A stretch of 64,000 nt of DNA from Eledone cirrhosa (Eukaryota). This document shows positions 15,216 to 28,504 of this stretch, in pieces. The DNA lies in the NCBI GenBank assembly GCA_964016885.1, contig OZ024740.1, positions 62,124,001-62,188,000 of the forward strand, written 5' to 3'. Every line of letters starts with the position of its first letter. The stretch's first letter is position 1. The notes below the pieces were generated by a model, which was not told the origin of the DNA, did no database searches, and saw only the letters and a list, made by a program, of their open reading frames with translations. The position numbers and the translations under genes were made by a program.

Positions 15216-16236
15216 GTGTGTGTGTGCACGTGCATTTACTGTTTGCCTATGTCTTATGTATCTTAGCTGTTCTACAAAAACAGATTGTTAAAATAAGCAC
15301 CAAACTTGAAAAAGAAAAATGGAGTTGATATCAGCAAAATGCCTTCAATGTGGTGCTCCAGCATGGCCACAGTTGAATGATTGAAACAATTAAAAGAATA
15401 AAAGAAAAAAGAATAATCATTGCAACTGCTTGCAGCTCAGACTTATGTTTAACCAAAATGTCAACACAGTTATTTATTGAGATTTTTTTTATTGTTTTCT
15501 TTTTAGCTGATCTCTTTAAATGACATTTTTGTTATACAAACACATTGTAGTTTATTCTTCTAGTTTATATAAAAGAGATAGAATTAAAAAAAGAATAATA
15601 TATAGAAAATTTAACATCTGCTTATAGTCTGAAGTAATAATTGTAGTTTTCTCATTTGCCCAATTGTTCAAACATATCTATACTATTGAAAGTATGTTAA
15701 CATTCAACTGAAGGACACCAAGATGTTTGAACCCAATATTCACCTGACTTTACTGAAAATAAAAGTAGGTTAGTAATCTCTTTAACTGTATATATGAGGG
15801 AGTGTGTTAGTACATTAGAAAAGAAGTATGCATAGATATATGGTACTCTTTCTACATCTTATGCAGTGAATGAAATGGCATTATAAAAACTATATTAGTT
15901 TTTAGTTGATTAAAAACATTGGCATATTTTTCATTATTTGCTTTGTTGCTTTTAAATAGTTTGCAAACTGCATATTTTACCTAGATATATTTTGTATTTC
16001 AAGCTGATGTGTATTGTTTGTAAGTGTTTATCAACATTATCATTGCTGTTTTCACTTATGTTTTCCATGTTTGCATGGGTTAAATGGGTTGACACAATCT
16101 GACACTTGAGAGGTAAGCTGACCACATCTTGCTCATATGTTTCTACAGCTGGATACCTTTCCTAATGCCTACCACATTACAGCATATACTGGGTGCATTT
16201 TATTGTGGTATCACCACTACTAAACTACAAGTGTAT

Positions 16237-16449
16237 GTGGATGTGTAGGCGCCATGGAAAAAAGCACCCAGCACTCACTGTAAATGAGGTTGGGGTTAGG
16301 GAGGGCATCCAGCCATAAAAATCAAGCCAGAATCAGTTCCCGTATGAGCAAGGCATGGTTAGCCGACCGGCTACTGCCCACGACAGGACAACTCGTCTAA
16401 CCCATGCTAGCGTGGAAGAATGGACGTAAAATGGTGATGATGATGATGA
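16237..16449 (+). mobile_element. Short RTE family A 3'UTR copy, tail-to-tail with a related fragment at about 16466-16573 (-)
   Basis: aaaagcacccagcactcactgtaaatgagg...cgtaaaatggtgatgatgat matches the RTE-A 3'UTR. Confidence 0.85.
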
Positions 16450-17029
16450 TATATATATATATATAACATCGTTTAATGTCCATTTTCCACACTAGCATAG
16501 GTAGGACGGGCTGACCCTTTGGGAGAGAATCAGGTCTGATTTTGGCTTGGTTTCTACAGCTGGATGCCCTTCTTACACACACACACACCTAAATCAAAAA
16601 GAAGTAAAAATAACTACCACTAGAAAACAACACATTACAATAACAGTACATTATTAGTTGAATGCTTAAAAGAAGTAATAATATGTATATTTGACATGTG
16701 GCATCTGTACCTGCTCTATGCATTCTGAGGAAATGCATCTCGCTGAAAGCTGTCCTAGAAAGTGCATCAGGCAGAAAATTGACCTCAAAAAGTTTCATTC
16801 AATCATGGCTACCTTGGGAAAGTGGATATAAAAATGATGATAATGTATGTTCTGTTAGTGTGTAAATTACTATCATCATCACTGTTTTCCATCTATTTTC
16901 CAAGCTTGCATGGTTTAGACAGGTCGTCACATTGAGTCGGGTGAGGTGACTGTGTCTTGCTCATATGGAACTGTTTCTGACTTGGTTTCTATGACTGGAT
17001 ACCCTTTCTAATGCCAGCCACATTACAGT

Positions 17030-17390
17030 GACTGGGTGCTTTGTATCATGGCACCAAAATAGCCATCTAACAAAATGGACTGGGTGCTTTTTTGTTGCAT
17101 CACAAACAGGATTACCTTATAAGGTGGATTGGGTGCTTCTTTTTTTGTCATGCCACCAGCATGATCATCTTACAGGGGTGGGGGTGTAATTGGGTGTTTT
17201 ATTTTGTCATGCCACCAGCATAACCACCTTACTGGGTGTTTTTTGTCATGTCACCAGCACGACCACCATTTCAGGGTGATTGGGTGCTTTTTGTTGTATC
17301 ACCAGCACGACCACATTAAGTATAGAGTGAGTACTTTTTGTTATCTGCACAACCACCTTACAGAGTGGCCTAAATAGTTTTTGTTGTGGT
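17030..17390 (-). repeat. Tandem array of about 45-60-bp units derived from the RTE 3'UTR subrepeat
   Basis: About 7 repeats of tgggtgctttt..gtcatgccaccagcacgaccaccttacag, following an RTE tail at about 16870-17030. Confidence 0.75.
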
Positions 17391-17870
17391 AGCAAGACTG
17401 TGGAAGAGCAAGGGTGGAGAATGTCCAGCTTTCCATGCTTGTATGCATAGATTGGACAGGTGGTGTATTAGGAGGTGTAAGTGGGGAGGAGGTGAAATGA
17501 ATATGCAGGCTGGGGATGGGTGAGTATTAAGATGTGGGCAGGAGAGGAAAGATTGGTGTCCTCTATATGTAAAATGTCTATGTAAATGCTATTTTACCTA
17601 TATATATATTTTTTTTTTTTAATGATTTTTATTTATCCCAAATTACTTGTCTGTACCATTTCTTTTGCTTAGACTATATTAGGATAATTTTTTTAAAACC
17701 TCCTTTCTATCATTGTTGAAAATGATTTCAGTTTCTATATCGAAAAATAAAATAATTCATCCTTTATTTGCCATTATTTATTACCAATTACATGGCAAAA
17801 GAGTCATTTTAGCTGTTCAAAAAAGTTTGTGATACATGTAATCATCATCAGTATTACAGATTCAGTTTAA

Positions 17871-18067
17871 CCCTTTAGCAGTTACATTACTCCATATTTA
17901 CTATTATATTTTCATGGTAAAAGCTTAACCTCACAGAATATCGAATATATGAGATTTTGATTAAGAACAATACCTTAACATCAGTGTGAGTTGCTGGTTA
18001 CAGCCGGTTTGAACAGAAAGCAGTGAAAGAATTCTGGCTAGATAATGCCAATTTAAATGCTAAAGGG
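17871..18067. mobile_element. piggyBac-like MITE (197 bp)
   Basis: TTAA|ccctttagca ... tgctaaaggg|TTAA. Confidence 0.88.
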
Positions 18068-21000
18068 TTAAATTGCCTTAAAAATCACAAGATGTACAGT
18101 TTTCTCTAAATTTTCAATGTTGAATATTTTCCTGTGTTCAGAACTTTTAACTAAGTTGCTTTTTTTAAAATTTGGTTTAGCTGTTGTAGCTCACTTTCTT
18201 GCTGAGTTGCAGTGAAACCATGTCAGTAATCAGGCCCCAAACAGTGTGATGGCAATTTTGAAATCAAGAAATAAATGTTAAATGAGTTTTATAGTTTTTG
18301 TGTCTTTTGAATGGCTAAAATTACTATTCTTCAATGTAATTGCTTTATTTTTCACACAGGATTTCAAATCTAGTCACTTGCCAAACAAATAGAACTCCAT
18401 TATTTATTAATTCAAGCAAAATTGTAATTTCAATGTTGAAACGTTTTGAGATATTGGTCTAAATGTGATAATCAACTTGAAGCCTATAGTTATATGTTCA
18501 TGGCTGTGTTGTTTACAAGATTGCTTTGTAACTAAGTGAATTCAGTTTTGATTCCACCAGGTGGTGTCTTGAACAAGCGTTTTCAGACTGACCAATGTTT
18601 TGTTAGTGAAATTAGTAAATCAAAATTCTATGGAAGCCCATCTTAAATATGTGCACGTGTGTGTGTGTTTGCCTGTGTTTTTAGTTTGCATTTATCACTG
18701 CAGGGGGTGATGTTTGTTTATGTCTCTCATAAACCAACATCACTGCTTGTGGTTTGATATGCAAAGATTAGCACCTTATTTTAAAAGCAAAGGTTGGCAT
18801 CAGGAAGGGCATCCAGTCACAGAATCCTTACTCAAAATGTCTTGTCCAACACATTTCAGCCTGGAAAAGCCAATGTAAAAATGATGATGATCATCATTCT
18901 GCATATACCTTATTTTATTTTCATGTTGGTAGTCGTGTTTTGTTTATAGATTTGTAGTTTTCTCTAAATTTTTAATTTTGATTACTTTGCTGTGTTCAGA
19001 AAAAAACATTTTCTTCATTGAAGAACAGAAACAATATAGAGTAGAGAGGACTCTTCTTACCAAGTACATGACAAACTCTCTACTACTGGCACCATGATAA
19101 AATGCACCCAATATACTCTGTAAAATGTTTGGCATCCAGCCATTGAAACCATGCTAATATATTGAATATATGAGCAAGATGAGGTCTCTCCGACATGTCA
19201 TGTCACAGACCCCAACATGTCTAATTCATGCCAGCATAGAAAGTGGGTATTAAATGATGCTGACTGAAATTTTTAATGCGCAAGTTGCCTTATTCTGGTT
19301 TAGCTGGTGTACTTACCTTCCTAGCCGTTATTCACCTTATCCAAGTTTACATCATCTTTTTAAAATTTGTTTTAGGAGCATCTAGTCTTTCTTCATTATG
19401 AAAATGTCTATTCACATAGTCATTATTACTCACTTCCAGAATAATTCTCTGCATTAAACATTAAATTTGAAGGTATTCAAGGAGATCATTATCTCCCTGT
19501 GGCATTTACTGGTAACTTAATCAAAATTGACACATCAAGATGGAAGGAAAATTCAATATTTATATTTCAAGTGACTTTCTGAATATTTCATGTCTTTTTA
19601 TAATTTAATGTGTGGAATTTAATGTATTCACTGTGTAGTATATTTTAAAAAAAGTTTGAGTATTTATGTTGGATTGAAGGAGATTTACATTGTTTTAAAT
19701 GTTTGAAGCATCACATAAATTGTTTCCTTTGTGATATAAAAAAATATATACTAATTGAATATAGCAAGTCAGTTGCATAGTGTTAGTGATATATTGTGTT
19801 CTTGAGCAAGACACTTCATTTCACACTGTTTTAGTCCAACTGGCTAAAAAAAGGAATAACAATAATAGCTGGAGTTAACTCTTGCAACAGACTGGTCGAT
19901 GATGGTGGTGGTGGTGGCGGCGGCGGTGGTGGTGGTGTCCCTTCAGGATATGACTAGGACCCCTATCATTAAAAACACCCAGGAAAACTATGACATGCAA
20001 CTTTGTAGGAAGCCTGCCAAACCTTCATAGGTGTGCGCTACAACAACAACAGTTACAATATGTTCTATAAGTTCAGCTTCATATTTTGCCAGTTATATAA
20101 ATGTTAATGCTACTTATGTGTAGAACAGATTTCTTACCACCATGAACACCAAAACATTAGATTAAAATTTATCTCACATGGAGTTGTATTATTTCTTTCC
20201 TAATATCAACCCTGTTGTTACCAACATGTCCCAAACCATCCATTTTAAAGGGTTCCTATTTAAATGAAAACCTTCCAACATTATTTTCATGTAAGAACTT
20301 TTTGTTGTTACAAATACTATCATAGTAATGAAACAACTAATAATTTAAGTAAATACCTCCAAATTCTAAATTAATTGTAATATAGTATATGTCATTAGAA
20401 ATATGGCCATAAGAGAGTTAAGAGGTGCATGTGAAAAAACTAATCTTTGTCATTTTAACGTCTGTTTTCCCTCCTAGCAATGTGGACAGTTATTCAAAAT
20501 ATCAATTCATTGCTTACTTGGTATAGTGTTCACATAATTGTTGAACAGAACCATGATATGCGTGTCAATAGTAAATAGCCCACAGGTGGTCTTGAATTCA
20601 GTACTACAATTTAACAAAACACTATGCCATGCTCCTGATGCTTGTAGCTGTATCTATTCATGGTTCTTACTTAGTGCTTGGTGAACTGAATCAGCAAACA
20701 CTCAGTATTGATCATAGATGCAATGCCAGTGATGGTGTATAAATCACAAACTCTTTTTATAGGTAATGCAGTTAGTGTGCTTGGCTGACTGGCTCTTTCA
20801 GTGCATCTCTCTCACCATCCTCTGGGGTAATGCATTCACCATTTTGTCTGCTGAGACCATGAAACTTGCATGGCATCACTATGGTATCCTTTGTTTAATT
20901 TTTAAATTAAAATGATAATAATTATTAAAGAATACTTTTAACTCCTATTTCAAATTTTTTCTGAAAGTTTTCACACACTTAGTAACTAGTGTCTTATTTA

Positions 21001-21734
21001 AACACCAAAGTACTTTACTAGACAACAGGCTGTGAACTTGAACCCAGCTCAGCTTGCAGAGCTGAGTTCAAGTTCTTCTGTAAGTCTTGTGGTCATGATA
21101 AAACAATTTACTCTGTGCTTTTGTTTGTCAAACTGAATATGAATGAAACTAGCTAACCCTTTTAAGATCATATTTCAAATGATTACACTGTATTTTAATT
21201 AATTAATAATTTGGAGGGATTTTTATAAAATTATTGCATCATTATTTAGATTGCATTTGTAACAGAGAATAAATGGTTCTTATATTAAAATTATGTTGGA
21301 GGATTTTTAAAATTTTAAATAAGAACCTTTTAAAATGTGTGGTTTTATTTCATACAAACGGGGGCAGTTTTGAGTGAGTCAGTATCAAAATGGTGAAAAA
21401 ATCCTTTTACATCTTTTATTATCATAATCTTTGGAATGATTACATTAAACTCAATTAATACATGTAGGATCACTTACCAACAACATATTTAGCTGCTTAC
21501 ACATCTCATGTTTTAGTAATGGTCATCATGATCATGATCATGTTATTGTTACATTTGTTTCCAGGGATATACATTAGCATACATCCATGTTTATTTTTCA
21601 TTTTCATTCATCTGTTTAAAGTATCTATGATCTAATATCACAACCCATATTGATCTACTTTCATCCACCTTTACTCCATCCACTCACAACTATTAGTTTG
21701 AGACAGGAATTTTGTGTGCGTGTGTGTGTGTTAT

Positions 21735-22080
21735 CAGCTTTATCACCGTCACTTGCCTGCATGGGTTAGACAAGTCTTCTCCATTACAGCATCTCTCCAC
21801 TTGTTTCTTTGCTTGTCATCTTTGTGAGGTTCAGACTTTGGTAATCAGCTTTCACCGCATCTACCCAGATCTTTCTTATTCTTTCTCTGTCATGTTTTCC
21901 TTCCACCCTGAAGTCTGACACTTCTTTACCCAATGATCATCATCCATACACATTACATGTCTGTACTAATACAATCTTCACTCTTGCACACTACATATGA
22001 TTCCTCTTATAGCCAATTTGTCTTTCAACTCATCTATGTTTCATTGTTCATGTAATCTAACATTGCACATTCAGTATCAC
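21735..22080 (-). mobile_element. Old RTE 3' fragment
   Basis: gcatgggttagac terminal motif and degenerate RLRWYGH-region remnants on the minus strand. Confidence 0.55.
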
Positions 22081-22589
22081 AATTTTACATACTATGTCGT
22101 GTATCTATTCCCAACTGATCCTAGGATGTTTTTAACAACATAATTACTTTCTTAAATCACTTGTGCTCACTTTCCCTCTTCCAAAATCCATGTAACTTGA
22201 TGGAGTAATAATAATGTTTTTTTTGTTTATCTACAGCTACCTTTCCTACTTTTTTTTCCACAATAACACTGCCAACACGTTATTATATAGCATGTTGTAG
22301 TTTCCTTTTGTATTTATAGGCATACTCTGTGCTTAGACTTTCCCTTATAAATGTAGAATAACAAAATCAAGCTCTTATATGTCATAATAATTAGCTGTAA
22401 CGAGTTGTGTGGAATCAATAACAGCTTTAAAAACACAAAAAGAAAGTTATTTTCAAAATTAGCATTCTTTGATTTTTTTTTGTATATGTAGTTATACACT
22501 TAAACAGCTGCATAACATTCTTGATTTACAAAATTACTGGCAGTATTTATTTCTCTTTTTTTTTTTCTTGTTGATATAAACACAAGCGA

Positions 22590-22905
22590 GTGTGTGTTAA
22601 GACGTTTGCTTTGCAGCCACATGGTTTCAGGTTCCAACCCAATGAAAGGCACTTTGGGCAAGTGACTTCTATAGCTTTGGGTTGACCATGAAAATTTGTT
22701 TCTAGACAATAGCTAAACCCAGTCAAACTTATTCAGAAACAAAACTTAGAAAATGGCTAAGAATGGTGATTAAATTTGACTGGATTTAAGCTATTATCTA
22801 GAAACAAATTTTCATGGTCAACCCAAAGCTATAGAAGACACTTGCCCAAGGTGCCTCTCATTGAGCTGGAACCTAAAATCATCTGGCTGCAAAGCAAACA
22901 ACTTT
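22590..22905. repeat. Inverted repeat with arms of about 135 bp and a spacer of about 40 bp
   Basis: 22590-22731 is the reverse complement of 22772-22905; the ORF track shows the same peptide on both strands. Confidence 0.92.
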
Positions 22906-22915
22906 ATAAAATAAA

Positions 22916-23347
22916 AATAATAATGAAATTAATGTTTATAGTGCTCAGGTGCACTACAACTCATCAAAAGTGCATGTATAGTACATAGAATAATGTACAA
23001 ATGTCAGGAAAGTGAACAGCGTAGGAGTCATGATATACACATGGATACATGCGTGCGTGTGTACAGAGGTGGAATATCGGGTGTAGTGTCGGCGAATTTC
23101 GGGAAGCATGGAGGTTTTGAGGGATGCAGTGTCCCGACAGCTAACAACTGATGCAGGTAGTTTGTTCCATGCCTCAGCAACTCTGAGTTTGAAAAAATGT
23201 TTCCGAAAGTCATGGGAGCAGTGCTGTTTTCTGATTTTGTAGGCATGCCCACGGCTGTTAGACACATGGAATTCAAAAAAGGTGCTCAAGGTTGTTGTTG
23301 GCAAGATGGTTAATAATTTTGTGGGTGTTTACAAAGTCAGTTGCCAG
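22916..23347 (-). mobile_element. Short 3' copy of the same CR1-group LINE
   Basis: Clearly similar to 43785-44178; SRGHAYKI..RKHFF..RVAEAWNKLP C-terminal motif. Confidence 0.9.
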
Positions 23348-23389
23348 TAAGTACATGTAATATTTACATATGTAATATATATCTGTAAC

Positions 23390-24450
23390 ATGGTGAGTTT
23401 AGTAAAGAACTGATAGTGCAGGTAGGTGTTTATCAGGGTTTAGTTCTCAACCCACTCCTGTTATTGTTCTCTAGGCCATAACAGGAATTTAAGGCAAGCT
23501 TTCCTTGGTAATTTCTGTATTTTGGTAACCTAGTTCTTATAGCTGAATCTGTGTAGGAGCTAGAGAAAAAATTGTGGCTTTTGAAACAGAACTTATAGTC
23601 AAAAGGGCTTAGAGTAAATGTGGGAAAATCGAAAATTTTGTTATGTAGGAAGGAAAGCAGGTTTTTGATCCCATCAGAGAAGTGACCTTGCTCTATATGT
23701 TAAAAAGGAGTTGGTAGAAACTCTATACAATGTATACATAATAAATCTCATGTACACAAGAGGTGTAGTGGGACAGCAGGCAGACTGACAGAAAAGGTAG
23801 ACTTCCTATGTGGCAGGGAAAGTTAGTAATAAGAGCATCAGTGAAATAAACTTTTTTTTAACCATAGGAAGGCTTCTTAGAAGTGGTCAATGGCTTCTGC
23901 TCCCTAGGTGACCTAATTAGCAGTGGCAGAGGTTGTATGAGAGTATAGTAATAACAGGATGGAAAAAGTTCAGGGAGTTACTACCCTTGTTGACAAAAGG
24001 TTTCTCTCTATAAAAAGAAATAAAGGACCAGCTGTATGTTGCCTATGTGCATAGTGCACTATTGTATGGCAGTGAGATGTGGGTAATGAATGCAGAGGAT
24101 ATTATGTGAAGACAAGTGAGAAATGAAACAAACATGCTTCAATGAATGTGCAATGTTAACATGAGAGAAAAGCTGGATATAAGAGGAATGAGATATAGTC
24201 TGCAGGAAAGAAGACTGCTGGTATGGTCATGTGATACATATGGATGGTGATTGTTGAGTGAAGAAGTACCAAGAAATCCCATGCGAAGGATGCTGCAGTA
24301 GAGTGAGACCAAGGAAGGCCTGGGCAGAGGTTGAGAGCTGATCTCAAATTGATGAAGCTTAAAAAAGAGAGGATGAAGGACTGTAAGTGAAGAGCTGCCA
24401 TGCTGGAAAAGACCCATCCAACCCATGCAAGCATGGAAAAACTGATGATG
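23390..24450 (+). mobile_element. Old degenerate RTE RT/PHD/3' fragment
   Basis: Recognisable remnants of QGSVLSPLL, GKWPC..GVGRNSI, GSETW and RLRWYGH, plus the 3' acccatgcaagcatggaaaa hairpin. Confidence 0.8.
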
Positions 24451-26607
24451 TCTATCAATTTTAGTTACCAATTTACTATGTAGCAATTGCTATTATGTCT
24501 CTAAATTCTACATAAAATAAAACAGTATGTAAACATTTTTACTTATCCATATAGTTCAGTTTCAGAATATGATGAAAATTGTTTTGTTGTAGACAGTATT
24601 CAATCTAGATGTAATATATCGTAAGATATATCAATTATTTACTCCAAGCAGCTGTTAAATAGATTTGAGAGGAATATAGTTGTTTCAGTAAATCTTTTGG
24701 ATGATATTCTCCCAACTCTTTTTCTTTTGATAACCATAGGTGTATGTATGGCTGTGTGATTACATTCACTTCACAACTATGTGGTTCCAGTTTCAGTCCC
24801 ATTGTGTGGCACTTTGGGAAAATGTGCTCCATTATAATCTTGGTCTGCCCAATGTATTGGTAGACAAACTTTGAGGAAGCCCACAATATATGTGTGGTTT
24901 TCATCTCTTGTGTGTTTTCAGATTGACACAATTTCAAAAGCAAGCAGTGATACTTATTTGTGTCCAGCATAAATACAACATCATGCAGTTTAGAGATTTA
25001 ACAGAGCTCAAGTATATACCATACTGGAAAAAAAATGATGGGCTGGCATCAAGAAGAGCATTTAACTGTAAAAATAATACAGCAGAATCTCGTCCAACCC
25101 ATGACAGTATGGAAAAGTGGACATGAAAACAATGATGATGATAAATGTTAGTTGTTGCTAATATCTCTAAATCTTTTTTGAAACTAATCTGTTCAAATAT
25201 TCTCTCAATGTTCATGATTTATAAAATGTTGATATATAGAAACTTGAGGACTATTTTTTTTTTTTCTTTCTTGTACTTAACCATTTACAACCTTTTCTTT
25301 ATATTAAGCATTTCAGGAATCCCTCCCCCCTCTATGCTTATATTACATCCTCATCCTCCACATCATCATCACATCTTTTTCTGTATTGTTGTAAGGTGGG
25401 AAGGTCTACAGTGAGATTATAGTTCTATGTCTTCCAAACTTGCTTCTTATGTGAAAGAGACAATCCTTTAAAGTTCTGCTTTTAATACATCATCTCAGAT
25501 CTACTGTTACTAACTTTTGGATTTTTTGCGAGGTAGACACACCATGCCGCCAAAGCTAACACTGCCACTTCGCCTATGTTGCTGGTATTCAGATCAGGCT
25601 CTTGACTCAGGTTTTCCACAACTTCTTGATACAATGCCACCTTTTACACTTTCCAGTTACAGAGAATCTGGGGAGGACATGGACATTGCTCCTATTTCCA
25701 GGCATACAAGAAATAAGTTCACTATCATCTAATTTTACTTTTATGACTAGTATGTATTAGCCATTCACATAATATACCTGTGCCTGCATTTTCTCTTGAA
25801 CATAGCTTACATTTAGGTTTTCAAATACATAAATTTGCATGAAATATTTCATGAGGTTTAAATAACAAGACACCCTTCCCACTACTAACCATTGACATTC
25901 TGAAATGACATTGATACTTGTTGAAGTAAGATAGTCTAAGGCCAGTACAACTTATATTGTAGCTTATGGCAAGGAGTGTAATGAATCTTATACATTAATT
26001 ACTTAGCTATAATAACAGAAAACATTTCTTTTGTGTTGAAATCTGTATAAACAGGCAATTATTTTTACTACTGATTTTACATACAGTACAGCCTCATTAT
26101 AACACAATTGTTAGGGTCCCCAAATTGTCATCCTGAAAAGACTGAGTTGTGTTAAATGGGTAACATTAAAAGTGATCTAATGTTAACCTAACACCCTAAA
26201 ACATTGTATTGGTGTTTAGAACAAATGATTTCTGAAGCCAAAGCTTTTCTGACATTTCAAAATCTGCTAAGATGGACTTTGCCTTTTATCCTTCTAAAGT
26301 GAACAAAATAAATATAGAAAGATAAAGGTAAAGGGCCCTTAACTCCTGATGGTGTCATAGGGGTGCTATCCAGACACACTTGGGTATTTTAAACCTGGAG
26401 GAGCACATCCTCTCCAAAGAATAAAATATGTACCAATCAAATATAGGTTTATTTAATTGACTGTGTCTCTTCTCAAACCTTTATGGCCTTGAGCCAATGT
26501 TAGAAACCATAATTACTAGAATATTATTTGTCCTTTTGGTTTGAATGTAATTGCTACTTTTTTTTTAAAATAATACTAATAATAATTTTCAAATAGCCGA
26601 ATAGCAT

Positions 26608-26968
26608 ATTTCATTTCATTTCATTTCATTTCATTTCATTTCATTTTATGTCCACTTTTTCCCTGCTTGCAAGGGTGGGACGGGGACTGATTCTGGCTTG
26701 ATTTCTACAGCTGGATGCCCTCCCTAACACCAACCTCATTTACAGTGAGTGGTGGGTGCTTTTTTGCTGTGGCACCTCCATGACCACTTTGCAGTGGAAT
26801 GATAGGGACCCCAGTCTCCATCATCTCATTTCTACATTTGAGTAAACTGGAGCAATGTGAAATAAAGTGTCTTGCTCAAGGAAACAACACATCACCCGGT
26901 CTGAGAATTGAACTCACAACCTTTCGATTGCAAGGTCAATGCTCTAACCACTAAGCCATGTGCCTCCA
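26608..26968 (-). mobile_element. SINE-R copy with (GAAAT)n tail
   Basis: Near-identical body; tail expanded as (atttc)7 on the plus strand. Confidence 0.9.
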
Positions 26969-27087
26969 TATTTTCCTTATTAAATTCAAAGGATTTTCAT
27001 CTGTATTACTATTATATAGCAGCTGCATTTAATTGGTCTTGCGAATACAATTGGTATGTCTTCAAGGCAAAAACACGCACGCACGCA

Positions 27088-27090
<3 letters not shown>

Positions 27091-27147
<57 letters not shown>
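27091..27147. repeat. (TC)n microsatellite; others include (ATT)n 27711-27753, (TC)n 34306-34354, (TA)n 37937-37970, 38040-38069 and 54582-54620, and G21 at 48975-48995
   Basis: Directly visible. Confidence 0.95.
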
Positions 27148-27149
<2 letters not shown>

Positions 27150-27150
27150 T

Positions 27151-27602
27151 ATCATCATCATCATCATATTCCATTCTTCCACGCTAGCATGGCTTAGACG
27201 GGTTGTCCTGTTGTGGGCAGTATCTGGTCAGCTGACCATGCCTTGCTCATACGGGAACTGATTCTGGATTGATTTCTACAGCTGGATGCCCTTCCTAACA
27301 CCAACCTCATTTACAGTGAGTGCTGGGCGCTTTTTTTCCGTGGTGCCTACATGTCCACTTTACAGTATGGGCTGGGTGCTTTTTTACCGTGGCACCTCCA
27401 CAACCACTTTGCAGTGGGAGGGTGTGGGGGCATATTGTATATATGCTTCAGCTTCGGCTTGTACCCGTGAGGGGTCAGGTCTTCTGTATTACAGCGTGAC
27501 GCCAGAGGTCACGGTCGTGTGTCATCACCTTTGAGAGGTGTAATTGGGTAAGGTCGGCTTTTATCACCTCATCCCAGGTTTCCTGGGTCTCCCCACTCTG
27601 TG
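27151..27602 (-). mobile_element. 5'-truncated RTE family A 3' end
   Basis: Near-identical to 34935-35380; (atc)n tail abuts a (TC)n tract. Confidence 0.9.
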
Positions 27603-27707
27603 GTTTTCATATATACATATATATATATATTTAAAAAGTCAATGATTCTCAATAACCTGAAGGGAAATGTTACCAAACCATTCATCTGACTATTTGTTAA
27701 CTGGTAA

Positions 27708-27753
<46 letters not shown>

Positions 27754-28067
27754 TTGTCTTTGATAAAGAAATGCTAAGTTATTTGATCAACTTTTCATTC
27801 AACAAATACATTGTAAAAGAAGTATTGCAGAGAAATATATAGTTGACTGCATTCATTTTAATGATAGCTTTAGGGAATTTTTTAAAATTATATTTCTGTG
27901 TATAAAGAAATTTTTATTTGTTCATTATATTTTATTTATTGTGTTTAACTTCTAAGTACAGTATCAAAGTGAATGTTAGTTATTTTCATTGAAGTGAAAA
28001 GTATAGTTTTTATTGTAGTAACCATAGCATCTTGAGTAAATTTCAATTACTGTGGTGTGAAATTAAT

Positions 28068-28240
28068 TGTTTCTACTTTAGGCACAAGGCCAGCAATTAC
28101 CCAGTACATTACTGGTACTTTATTTTATCGACCCCGTAAGGATGAAAGGCAAAGTTAACCTCAGCAGGATTTGAACTCAGACTGTAAAGGGACGTAACTA
28201 TGCTAGAAAGCATGGCGTCCAACCCTCTACCGACACTGCC
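28068..28240 (-). mobile_element. SINE-M copy
   Basis: TSD aaattaat at 28060-28067 and 28241-28248. Confidence 0.88.
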
Positions 28241-28324
28241 AAATTAATATAGCTTTAGCAGTTGTGTTTATTTCTCAAGGATTCCTCAAAAATATATATC
28301 ACAGATTTTATTGTTACAAATAAT

Positions 28325-28504
28325 TGTTTCTACTTTAGGCACAAGGCCAGCAATTACCCAGTACATTACTGGTACTTTATTTTATCGACCCCGTAAGGAT
28401 GAAAGGCAAAGTTAACCTCGGCGGGATTTGAACTCAGACTGTAAAGAGACATAACTATGCTAGAAAGCATGGTGTCCAACCCTCTACCGATACTGCCAAT
28501 TCAC
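28325..28504 (-). mobile_element. SINE-M copy
   Basis: TSD acaaataat at 28316-28324 and 28505-28513. Confidence 0.88.

Noticed and set aside
17030-17390. Repeat-spacer pattern resembling CRISPR
   Set aside because: Eukaryotic context; units are degenerate tandem copies with no unique spacers or cas genes.
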